DNA from: Paraphysomonas bandaiensis
Lineage: Eukaryota; Protista; Chrysophyceae
DNA: 64,000 nucleotides
NCBI GenBank assembly: GCA_965644295.1
Contig: CBFFRP010000399.1
Coordinates: 151,531 to 215,530, forward strand
Direction: 5' to 3'
The translations under genes were made by a program, and so were the position numbers. Positions 34,143 to 46,400 of the stretch are shown here, piece after piece. The notes under the pieces are model-generated. The model was not told where the DNA came from. It did no database searches and saw nothing but the letters and a program-made list of their open reading frames with translations. The first letter of the stretch is position 1; each line of letters starts with the position of its first letter.

Positions 34143-37100
34143 CTACAAGTCTTCAATAAAAACTAAACCCGCACTGCAGAGCACCCTCAAAACTCTAAGT
34201 CGAAACTCTGTCGAAACCGAACGAGTACTGCTACTTCCTTCTGAAAGAAATGATCCACGCTCGCATAAAGTCGTTATTTTCTCCTGGGCTGGAGTGTCAC
34301 CGCTACTCCAAACAACATATTCTTCTTCAACAGTGTTTGCAGCAAACAGCTGAGTGATAGAGGCTGACATTGACGTACTCCTTTTGCGACGAGATTCCAT
34401 ATCTTCAGCGTTCACCTTGCACTCATACTCGCTCATGCGCTCGGCCACCACATTATGACACAGACTCATCATCGGAAGCCCCACCATAACTAACACTGCC
34501 GCGGCAGTACATACCGCCCAGGTACTCTAAATATTACGTTACACAACAACGTCACATATAGCATGCACATACCGTCTTCATCGTAGCAACCACGTCAAAG
34601 CATTTATCGTCACCATGTAGCTCCTCGTCCATATACTCCTTCAGAATTTTATTGATTGCATCACAATCATCGCCAACCAAAAACTTTGCAAACTGTCTTA
34701 TCTCCAGCATCGCGGCAATAACCGACAAGACGAACACGTCTAGAGCATTCCACGCATTTAGCATCTCCGCAACAACGATCATTCCTTTCTGAAAGGTCAA
34801 CGACAGCGGGGTGCACCACAAAAAGAGCAGTGCAACTAAAAATGCAATTGGCATAGCGAGTCCGAATAGAAAGTATGCCAACTGAATAAACCGCACCCCG
34901 AAATTATGGGGGATGCCAGACGCTGCAGGTAAGTTCGACCCTACACTGATCAAACTATACGAATCTGTCGGGTCACTCATCAAGTATCCCGTTAGCCCGC
35001 GGAATTCAAACTGAATTGTGTTCAATATAGCACCAGTCAGCACAAGAGCAATGCCAATCACAATAACCGAACCAACAGTCAGCTTCCCTGCATTTGTGAA
35101 ACCAACTTTCTTGTAAATAGACGAACTGCTAGAGTCGGCACCATCTTCACTGGTCACAATCTCAACCGTATGTATGTGGTTCATGAGTGCCACTTTCATG
35201 GTGTCGTCATTCTCGAGTGGGGTTGGACTCTCTGACACTATTCTGTGGCACGCTAGTGCGAAATGGCCGATTGCCAAGCTCCCCATTGTTGCCAGCAGAA
35301 ACGCATAAAAGCTCCAGTGGGGAACCACAGTCATTGTCAATTTTATGCCAGGCGCAATAGAAAAATGGAAGTGAAAAGCAACCATCTAGTAAAGAAGGAG
35401 TGAAACAATATACACACACTGCACTCTAACTTACCATTAGAACCATAACAAAAGTATCGACTAGAGACCACTTTCCGAGTATGTCTAGCCAAATGAGAAC
35501 ATTGTCTCGAGTAGGGAGAGACACAACTGATGTAGGAACAAACCACATAACAAGCATCGCAAAGAGCTTAATGAATGGCCATGCCCCAGTAAAGAATGCA
35601 ATGATAACAGCCAGGAAATACGTGCCGGCTTCCCACCTACGCAACATACACATGACTTGACAGAAAAATGTATACTTTTATGCTTACATCTCTCTCACTG
35701 TGTTGCCCAGTCCAAATTCAAAAACGGGATCCGGGGTTATCACTTGGTTTCCCATGTCGATCTCAACCATCACAGAAGACGCCGGATGCATATCTGACAC
35801 CATGAATAGGAAAAATATTGATACAATAATAATCGGCACTGAAATCCGGACAAAGAGAGAAAGTGAATCCTGGGCAACGAGTGCATCATATCCGCATGTC
35901 CCTTCGTCATACCCCATCATAATATTGACATATTTGTTTATCCACGCATTGCTCATCACTTTGCATTCTCCACTCGTCGCAGTCTCCACTGTATCGATAT
36001 CCACTGACCCAGATACCGGGACATAGTTCATCTTCATATCATCCACATGTGTAGGAATTCTGAAATTATAAAACGTCCGGACAAGTAGGTATACAGCTAC
36101 AACACATACAACAATAAGGGTGGCCATTTTCCATTGCCAGGAAAAGCTGAACTTGTTATCTTTCGTACTGCTGCCATCAGTGGACGGCTGATATGTGCCA
36201 TCACACATATCTTTCGAGGAAACCAGTCTCGAACTGATTTTATTATTTATTGCCTCGATCGCTTCCGGCGATTGCAAGGAGTCTAAGATTTTCTCTACTA
36301 ATTGCAATATGTCTACCTCAGAAGTGCCTTCTATGAAATAAAAGTTTACACCACTGACAGACAAATCTAGTCCAGCGATTGACATGTGGTCAATTGCCGA
36401 CGCTACACAGCCATCCGTATGATAGTCTGCGAGCTTCATATTATGTATGGAGGTTAAGTCCATTTCCATCAGCACGTCAACAAACAGTTTCACATTCTCC
36501 ACTTCAACCACAACTTTTACATGCCGGCCATTCTCATACCCTTCTAATGTAATTGTCAAAGGTATACAGTCGCCGGAGTCAAGACAGCTACCAAGTAGCA
36601 TAGAATTTCCAAGATCATAGAGCTCACCCTCTACAGGATACACCAATGCGAAGTCTGAAAAAGAATTCAAGCCACCTACGGTCATGGTCCAGCCATAAAA
36701 TACAGGTGCATCTGTGGGAATTTGTACAACCACATCGCCAGTTCCGTCAGTGATGCAATTCATTAACTTGTTGACGCCATCAGACCCAAGAAGGGTATTC
36801 AACAGTGTGTCGACCTTCTCTATGAGGGTACTTTCACTCCAGACGATCCAGTCTACGCCACTATAGTTCCCGTGATGGGGACACGCATCAGCGTTGTTAA
36901 GATCATATGCTTGTATCATGGCAAGCAACTTCTCATTGATTTTCTCCTTCACAGGCCCCTGAGTGATGCCCTCAACCATTTCTGTAACCATTTCTGGAAA
37001 TCCAGACAGCAACAAACGAAACAAACTGTCGACCAGCTCCGCGGTTTCCAATTCAAGTGATGTTGCATTTCCACCAGAGACCTGCTGCACAGATAGATTC

Positions 37101-40100
37101 TCAACATTCATTGAAAGCACAAGCGAGGAGATATATAGCTCATCTAGTGCCGACATGATGCAAGGTAGATGCAAGATCTGATCACTGTACAAGTTATTTA
37201 GAATTGAGAGCCGTAGGGCAGTGACCATATCGAAAGCTAAAGTAGCATTTGACAGGCGAAGGTCGACAACTGCCTCTTGTTTATAGCCCTCCTCGGCTTC
37301 TTCAAGGAGAACTGCCAGTTGGAGATCCATAGAGGCCAGCTCGATTGATGAAGACAACGTAACTCCAGAATCAGGCGAAGGATCCAATAAAAATATGTCG
37401 CCGAATGTGTCAAGTCCAGATATCGTCAATGTCTCAAAAGTAAGAGTTGCGCTACCGATAGGTACAGTGGAGTCGATGCTAATCACAAACTCTCCAGATC
37501 CGTCTGTCATGAAATCGATCAGTGTATTGATGTTGTACCCATCAACTGGGGGGTTCTCTGCGTCCAGCATGCATTGGATTACCTTCCCTTCATTGACTTG
37601 AATTCCTGATATAATGTTGTGGACAGTGTTCAGAATTGTTTCATTCCAGTTAAGGTAGCCTGGCATAACAACTGGTGCAGGAGGGGCTCGCATGTCAATT
37701 ACATCCTCAATAGCGGGATCCACACGAGTCTTAAGAACTCTTGTCATCACCCTGCTGAGAAAAGGGTTCAACAGATCGCACAAAGCCCAGTAAACAGCAC
37801 TCTCCAACGCATCTTCCAAAGGAGGAGCTACTGCTTTATCCAGGATTGTTCCCAATACACCACCAGCGAATTTAATATCAAATTGCGTCCCACTCGTCTT
37901 ACATTCTTGCAGTTTCACCGACGCCGGCATAGGGGGATACTCCTCCGACACACTGCTGGCTCCAAAGGCAGCTTCCACTGACCCTGTAAAGTCAGTCATC
38001 GCAATGCTGACAGACCCTTCGTACGATAGCGAGTGTCCACCAACATTTGAGGCGTCGTCTTTAGACAAGGAGGCGGAGATGTTCCAATCAGCCCCACAGG
38101 TTATTGCAAACTCCTCGACCCCAAGGAGAATCGTCTGAGGGTCGGGATTCCCAGACTCCAACCCTACCAAGTCAATATCATAGCAGCTAAAGGCCTTAAT
38201 ACATATTTCGAGTTCACTATCCTTTATATCAAAACAGAGGTCATCCAAAGGTCCAATTACAATACTGTTAAGCGCACATTGCACAGGGCCGTCGCAGTCA
38301 TCAGCAGGCGATGGACTGTCGTCATCGCCCGGAAGAGGGGGCCACGAACCAGATTCACATGCTTCTGCAGACTCCGCTATCAGATTGACCAACGCAGCAT
38401 TGATGGCCGCGATAGACTCCTCTCCTGTGATTTTATTCAACAACTGCTCCACACCACTGGTGATGCCTTTAGACACCAACGGCCCTTTTGTCAGCTCCGC
38501 TTGCGTGATACTCATATCAAGGGACTCTATCGCTATCTCATCAAATGACGATAAAAAGCATCCCGAGTGGTTTCCACTGAAGATGAACAAATCAGCCACA
38601 CGAAGCTCTTTAACGGCATTAAGATCAAATTTCGTGAGGATAGACGTGGAAAACATGAAATTAAAGAAACTGGCGGTGAGACTTGCACTGGACGGGCTCT
38701 GTGCTGCATCCGAGTCACTCACAAGAGATATGCCCACAGGTGTACAGATTTGGGTTCTATCCTGTCCCTCACAGTAACCCAGCCCCACAGATGAATCCAA
38801 GGTGTACGGACTGTTTGGGTCCGATGAGGGTTTTAGGATCGTGAAATCGAAGAAGGAGTCCAAACCAAAAAGAGTGAGAGCAAAATCAGCAGCAGAGAGG
38901 GGAACTGTGACTGAACCTGTACCATCGGTAGCAGCATCGACGATGCTATTCACACCACTTGGCCCAATCATACTGTTCAGAAGGTACTCCAACCCCTGCA
39001 CAACAATGCTATCAGACCATACAATCCAGTCAGACTCATCATCATCTGTCTCCTTATGTGGAATGCAATTGTCTCCTGCAGACACTAGCAACTCGGACAG
39101 TTTATTGTTTAACAATGACTTCACAGGTCCTTGAGCAACTCCCGATATAAGGTCTGTCAGCAACTCCGGAAAACCTTCCACGCCTAATTCGATAATATTA
39201 TTAATGAGATCATCAATATCTTGCTCGAGGGAGTCTTCTGTAGCATCTTTCTGCACAAGAGTCATACTATCTATGTGGGTGTCCAGAATGAGAGATGTAA
39301 CGCTTAGGTAATCGGCCGTGGAAAGTAAACAAGAAAGATCGGCAATCTGATCCAGATACAGTTCCCCTAGTCTCTCAATGTTTACAGGCACTAACAGGTC
39401 CACTCCTATTGTGCTGTTGGACAGAACGAGGTCAAGAGCAAACGTCTCCCTCAGCTCTCCACCGCTGAGTGCTCCCTGATCAAGAACCACGTCCACAGTA
39501 ACGCTGAGAGAAATACTGAAGGAGTGTAAAGAGAATGCAGACCACACAGAATACGGGGAATAGGACGGAGAGGGTGGAGACGGAGTCAACAGAGAGATAT
39601 CATAAAACGAGTCTAGACCTGAAATATCGAGGTAATGCAGTGTCAGAGTTATATTGCCTAGCGGGCCAGAAGTAGGGTCCACAACAGGAAACGTGAGAGA
39701 TGTGTTGTGAAGATCAATATGAAAGGAACCAGTTCCATTCGTAATTGAGTCAACCAACTTGTTCAGGTAATCGTTTGCATGCTTTTCCTCAATATTCTCC
39801 ATGAGACCAGGTAAGGAGGTACTCCAATCAATGTATGTGTCAGCAGGGAGATCTGGTGGTGGGGTGGGGCCATGTGATACCATCTCGGCTAGGGCAGGGT
39901 CAATTGTGTGCACCAAAGCTTCAGTAGTTTTATTTGCAATGAGGGGCTCTCCAACCTCACATACGACAGTGTATACAGCCTTCTCCAATCCCTCTTCCAC
40001 TTTATTGGAAATGAGTTGCAATATTACCCCGACAAGACCTCCACTAAATTTTAGCTCGATATCTATGCTAGGAACAGTGCAGGTGGTGAACTCCAAAGAA

Positions 40101-40483
40101 ACCGGAAAGATATCTTCTTTTCCTACTACTGTCGTTGTCGCAATATCTGTGTTGGTGATAGCCGCTGATACATCACCATCAAGTTTACCATAAGTCCAGT
40201 GTCCGGAACAGGTCATTTCAATCCCCTTTGCCTCAGCATACACTGCATATGGAGGGATATAACTTGATTCCACACCTCTTATATCAATTCCTGAGCATAT
40301 TAAATCTGATACACAACATTCCTTCCCAACCATCTCAACACATATATCAGGAATCTGTATACTCGTTAATATCTGTTTCCCCCCATTAGACAAACGATAC
40401 CACTCTAATAATGAATGAGTATCATCTGCATATCCCTCTAATCCAAGTGCTAATAAGATAATATAAATAAATAGATTTGACAT
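34143..40483 (-). CDS. Large membrane protein: signal peptide, repeated BPI/LBP-like ectodomain and PqiA-like domain; paralog 2
   Basis: 1599-codon first exon and three introns. Motifs: VREMWEAGTYFLAVIIAFFTGAWPFIKL, WLDILGKWSLVDTFVMVL, EMLNAWNALDVFVLSVIAAMLEIRQF. Paralogous to 12382..19002. Confidence 0.8.
36609..40150 (-). repeat. Arm 2 of the roughly 3.5 kb inverted repeat (partner 12769..16310)
   Basis: Reverse complement of arm 1 with scattered substitutions. Confidence 0.95.
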
Positions 40484-41008
40484 TAGTTTAATTCATAATA
40501 TAAGCATTAGAGATGTTCTTATTAAACTACCACACTTGGTAGATAATATGTAATGGTTTGGTAAGAAATTCCAACCATAACCTTTCCTATGACCGTATCA
40601 TGGGGTTAGTTTAACGTCATCTATGTCTCTGTGGCTGTGTACAGTAATTATGCGACGTAATCAGTATAATTGTGTTGCATATACACAGTATAGTGTATAT
40701 GTATGTGATGTATACATAGTGGGTGTAGGTACCATATACCACATACCATAGATATATGGACGTATATTGGTGAAAGAAGAAGACAGGAAGGTTCAGGAGA
40801 GGTGGAGAGCAACCGTAAATACGGATGGAATACATACACCATATACTGATCCGGGATGTGTATACGGATATCTGTCCGGTAACGGATGTAAGATAGTAGT
40901 CCAATGAGATGGTAACTTACATACTTAAGGAAACATTTTACAGTGCAGTTAATACAAGAAAGTATCATATATTATTACCCCAGTTACCCTTAGTTTATTC
41001 AAACAAGC

Positions 41009-42053
41009 ATGGTGAATATTGTGGAGGTAGTACTAATCAATACAATGGGCTGTAGATACTCATTAGTTATGCAGGAGGCCAACCACTTCAAAGTGAATGT
41101 TATGAGTGGGAATTTAAGTGCCGCCGAGACACAACTACAAACCTTAAAGGTACTTTATTATAAAATATAATTATTTGTTTATAAATTCGCTTAAGGTTGC
41201 ACTGTTAGAGCTTGACTCCTTACCTCCAATGTCCCTAGAAACTCCGAATGCTGCAGCAGAGAGGACTCTAGCCAGAGACGTATATGAACACGCAGTTGTT
41301 CTTGCTATAAAAAACTCCGACAAGTTCAGCTTTCAGAGTTATATGTCTATATTGTCTCCGTACTATACTACGTTGAGGTTGGTGGTGTAAGTGGTAATGT
41401 GCTTACTTAATAGATTTTACGATGCAGCGGTTCTCTTCCTCCCTCCAATCTTGAATGCTCCATAGTAGGCTTACACCTCTTGTACCTTCTTGTAGAAAAT
41501 CAGCTTTCCGAGTTTCACAGCAAGGTCTGTAATATAAATAAAACGTAAATCATTCAATATGCACTTGTGCAGCTCGAACTTCTTACCGAGGAGCAGCTGG
41601 CGCACCCGGCCATAGCCTTCTGCACCCAGCTCGACCAACATCTGATGATGGGATCCTACGACCAGGCAAGGGTTTGCATATACCTCGAAATTTTGTGACT
41701 ATTCTAACCGATACATGACTACACAGGTTATGCAGGCAGCGGCTCATCCTCCTGTCGACCTCTATTCTCTCTTTTTAACGTCTCTCTCAGAGACGGTCAG
41801 AGTCAACATATGTGAATGTATTATGGTGGCTTATAAGACCCTCCCAATTGATGCTGCCAGAGAAATGCTCATGTTTAATTCTTGTGATGACACATTGAAC
41901 TTCTTGAGTTCGAAGTATCCCGAGCTAGAAGTTAATGGTGGAGTCTTAATAATGGGGTCGCAGAAGTCAGTGAAATCGACAGAAGAGAAGAAATCTCAAA
42001 AGCTCATACATCAGACCTTATCGTATGCTGCAGAATTAGAGCGAATTGTGTAG
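41009..42053 (+). CDS. RPN12: 26S proteasome non-ATPase regulatory subunit 8 (lid subunit)
   Basis: Multi-exon: LARDVYEHAVVLAI, IVGLHLLYLLVENQLSEFHSKLELL, LDQHLMMGSYDQV, SLSETVRVNICECIMVAY and C-terminal LSYAAELERIV. Confidence 0.92.
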
Positions 42054-42456
42054 AAGACTTATAGATGAGTGAATTGTCTGTTTAGGACCGTTCTTAACGA
42101 GGTATTTCAGAAAAGGCTAAGCCTTACAGTTAAAATGTTAAAATAGGTCCCCAATGCTCAGTTGAATTAAATTAACTGTGAGAATAGTGTAAAGTCTAAC
42201 AAGTTATTTTATCCATTTTTTTCTTGAAGATCTACTGTCAGTTCGCTAACTTATATTGCATGAGTTGTAAATCTACTTCTCTTGTAATTATTCTAAAACC
42301 GCTAAGGTACATATTAATACGGGACATATTGAATATAAGATTATAGCAATGGTTAAGTAGCAGCTAAAATATTTATTCACAGCAAATGTACTTAATTTAT
42401 TAGGATAGATATATTAGTACCACTGCTACGTGTAAACAGAAATAGGAGTAGAGTCT

Positions 42457-42847
42457 TTACTGACCAGAGGCTTTCGCCATTAACATTTTAACCTTTTCTT
42501 GCATTTCCGGATCTTTCATGGCATGCATTTGTATTTGCATCGTACCATTCATTACAGCACCAGGCCCCTCAAATCCATACTTCTTCATGGTTTCGCCCTG
42601 TATTTCCTGCACCAGCGGTAGAAGGATCATCATCTTCTGGCCGGGCTCTAAGTTTTGGCAGCTCGCTATAGCGGCTTCCATCCTTTCCCTATTAGAGGGT
42701 ATTTCGAATGATGCTATCGCTTCATCGAGGGCCTCTATATGAGCCATTACCATATAAAAACACGTATCGAAATAGTGTACACACGTAGTTACCTTTGGCT
42801 TGCTCGTAAGTCAGTTGCGGAAATTGTTGGGGTGCAGTAGTAGCCAT
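42457..42847 (-). CDS. Protein C10 (C12orf57)-like small protein
   Basis: MATTAPQQFPQLTYEQAKEALDEAIASF...MMILLPLVQEIQGETMKKYGF...DPEM; one phase-1 intron. Pattern recalls the C10 family. Confidence 0.7.
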
Positions 42848-43447
42848 ATCTATCTGATTCGGTAGAGTGGTTATCAGTAAGTAAGTCTAATTACAATTAT
42901 GTTGTTATATAAACTGCATATATAAGCATGTTGCCAACAAGCAACATTAAACACCATCTATTGGTAACAGAAATCCTGACTTTTTAGCTTCTGGAAGCTA
43001 AGAAGAAAAAAACTACTGTTTTCATTATGATAAAAACTTATTTGTACGTAAATGGTACTATTTGAGTACAAAAAACGGAATTTGGGATATTTAGTTTTCG
43101 ACTTTTGATGAAATTGTGGTTAGTGTTCATATTTTGAGGAAATATACGAAAACTCGGAATAATGGAATAAAAAGTTCCCAAAATCACATAAAAAAACACC
43201 TAAAAAGTGAGAACAGCCGTTTCCTGTGTGTGAAAGTCTCTTCACTTCCTTTATTTAAATATGAAATTAATTCATTCTCACTTCTATTAAGGAGTTCCTC
43301 ATTTATCACTATTTATTTGTTGATATGAGGCAGCTGTATGATGTGATATGGCATACTAGAATCACCTCTATGTTCATTAATTATTAGATCCTTTCTGTGG
43401 GGTATATATATATTAGTTATCTTATATAGAGACTAGTATAGACTTGT

Positions 43448-46400
43448 TTGCAGGACATGACGAGTGGTAATGAAGCAAATGTAGAGGAGACGGTGGATAA
43501 ACTTGTTGGCTGTCTTGAATTATCAGTACTGGGTGCTGTTGGGCTCTCTCGAGTTAATCTAATTCGGAAACCCAATACATTTGTGGCAATTACTTTTAAC
43601 GGCGAGTTGATTGGCAAGACGTCAGTTGTTAACACCAGTCAAGACCCTGTTTGGAATGAAAGGTTTATTCTAAATATTCCTGCGGATAAAGATATCAGTA
43701 CTTGTGAATTAGAGATATATATTTATCACTCGAGGCCACCTGATCCCGCAGTTTTTCTTGGCTATAGAAAAATCACTGGAAGTGAGATCATATTTTTAGG
43801 TTCATTGGGAGATGAAGAAAATAAGTCAGAAGTAGATGTAAAGGAAGAAGAATCAGATGAAGACTCTGATGAGGAGGGATCGGTCAAGCATAATTCCGCC
43901 AAATTTGAGCTTCACTCTGAACCCATTCCTGGGAAGAAACAGAAGTCGCTAAATGGGAAGATCGTGTTGTGGGGACACTTTCATCCTCACCCGCCCCCAC
44001 CTCTTACTGTTGAAACTAACGAGGATGATGATATGGAAGACGCGAAAAACGAGGGAAAAGATAGTGACGATGATGATGGGTCAACCAAGGTGTTCAAGTC
44101 ATATCTGACATTGCATGTTCAGCTATTTGCTGCACGGGATATATCGAATGCCAACACGAAGGGGAGCATAAGTGGAAGTTCAAATCCGTTCGGAATTTTC
44201 AAAGTAAACGGTCACGAGTTGCAGCGTACGGCAGTCATAGGAAACACTTTATCTCCACACTGGCACAATGAATTCATTGAGATCAGATTCCCTGGGGATT
44301 TTGATATAATGAAATCTACTTTCGAATTTGAGCTCTGGCACTCCAATAATCCTCGGAAACTGAAGCGATCTCGGTTTCTTGGACAGGTGACTCTGCGCGC
44401 CGATGAGTACTGTGCTATGGCAGGTTGTGCGGTGGTAGACGTGATGTGCATGCTGCAGGAGGCCGTGCAGCTGATGCGGTCTTATGATTATCCGGGCGAT
44501 GTGTCGGGTTTCAGCACCCGGGCTTCCGCGGTTCTCACTGGCCGAAGATCGAATAGCAGACCAACATCACCCGAGAAATTTCTTCTAACGGCAGGGAACT
44601 CACCCGATGGACGTCCATCATCTGCACATATAGCACGCAACACGACAATGAACAACAGTAGACCGTCCTCTGCGCTGAGCAGTTCTAGACGACGACCCTC
44701 TCGACAGAGCAGCCGAGAGAGTACCGCAACCGACCAGTCTAAGCTAGTTAACATGGATATATTTGACAAAGGAATGCCGTTATGGTTAGACTTGAAGCCG
44801 TCATTGCAGCGTTCACAAGCTGAAAACAGCTGTGTTCAGGGCTCTCTGAAAGTGTGCTTTAACTTCAAACTGCCTCCCGATAAAATGACCGTGCAGCGTG
44901 GGGAAACCCCTGGTGTAAGTGTGGTTCCTACACGTGGCCTGAATGTTGTCCGACCCTGTCCAACCCGAGAAATGAAGCACCAGGCGTATGTTGTTGTTAA
45001 TATTCTCTCTATTAGGGGACAGATTATTAAAGAAGCAATGAAGCTGAAGCAGTTGACGAGCCAAACTGCAGGTTCCGTTGGTTCAGGATCAGGTTCACCT
45101 AGTAAGACGGCGGTTATGACAGCAGAAGCGACTGATTGCACCATTCCTCCAAAACTATTTTGTGTTCTGCGTGATATGTGTGGTGATACACTAGGGAAAA
45201 CGCTGCCCTTGGACAAGCAATTTTCACTTCGATGGGAAGAGGAGCGGTTTTGGGTGCCTTTTCCGAGTAGAAACTATGATCTCTATCCGGTTTTGTTTAC
45301 AGTGGAGGTATATTGTATTGATGGTTTGGGAGCAATCGTGAGCCTTGGGGTTTTGACTATAAGCGCGAACAATGTACTTGATACTATTTCAAATTCAAGT
45401 TCCTGTTTGGGAGAGGTTGGCGGAATCGGTCCATTTGGCGAGCTGCAGCCTGGATCTGGCAAACAGTGGTTTGATCTTGAGGCACCGTATTTTTCAGACA
45501 GTGATAATGAAAGCGAGGGCGGACAAACTGATACTAACACTGAGATTGACCGAATGGTACTTTCAACTGCCGACAATGCGGACAATCTTGGTCAGGTTGT
45601 GCGCTCGTCTACCGCTGAGGAGGCGGACAACACCCCCTTGCTTACACATGAAACACTTGGCAACACTGACACTCAAGTTTCTAACGAACCTTCTAACGAA
45701 AAGCAGCAGCTAGCACTGGCCATACCTTCAACAGACGTGTCATCAAAGAAAAGCTTGTCTAAGAAGAAGAGCATCAGACGTACTTCCACTATATTACGCG
45801 AGCGACGAGGAGCCATATCCGGGCTATTTAAGAAATTAGGGCCGCTAGGGTCGTTGGAGATCAAATATCAAGTTAGAACCACTCCTTTCGACAGTGATGA
45901 AGTAGCTGACGCTGCTTTCGAGGGCGAAGATGACATTGACGATGAGGTGTTTAGTATGCACTCCGAGTCGGAAGATTGCGGGAAGATTACTATTAAGATT
46001 GGTTCCTTGGACGGCCTTGGTCTAGACAAGTCCAAGCGAGCAGTGTGGGGGAAAAAAACTGCGAAGGCGTACTGTGTTGTGTGGTTCAATGGTGTGTGCG
46101 TAGGGCAAACAGCCTCTATAAAATTGAATGGAGATACAAGATGGGATGAGTCGTTTGAGTGTCACTTTTCCGGTGGTATGTCACGTGCAAATAGCCACAT
46201 CGAAATCGAAATGTTCAAGCAAACGGCGTGCAAAATTACTCCCTTCAATCCGTACGGTGTGGCGACCTATTCGGCTGGAGTTGTTGAGTTACTTGGAGAC
46301 GATTTACTAAAATTGTGCAGTGAAGATGATGACGGCGAAGAAGATAAGGAGGAAATGACATTTCCTTTGGTTGAATCGTGTCGTGCTTTTTCTGTTGACG

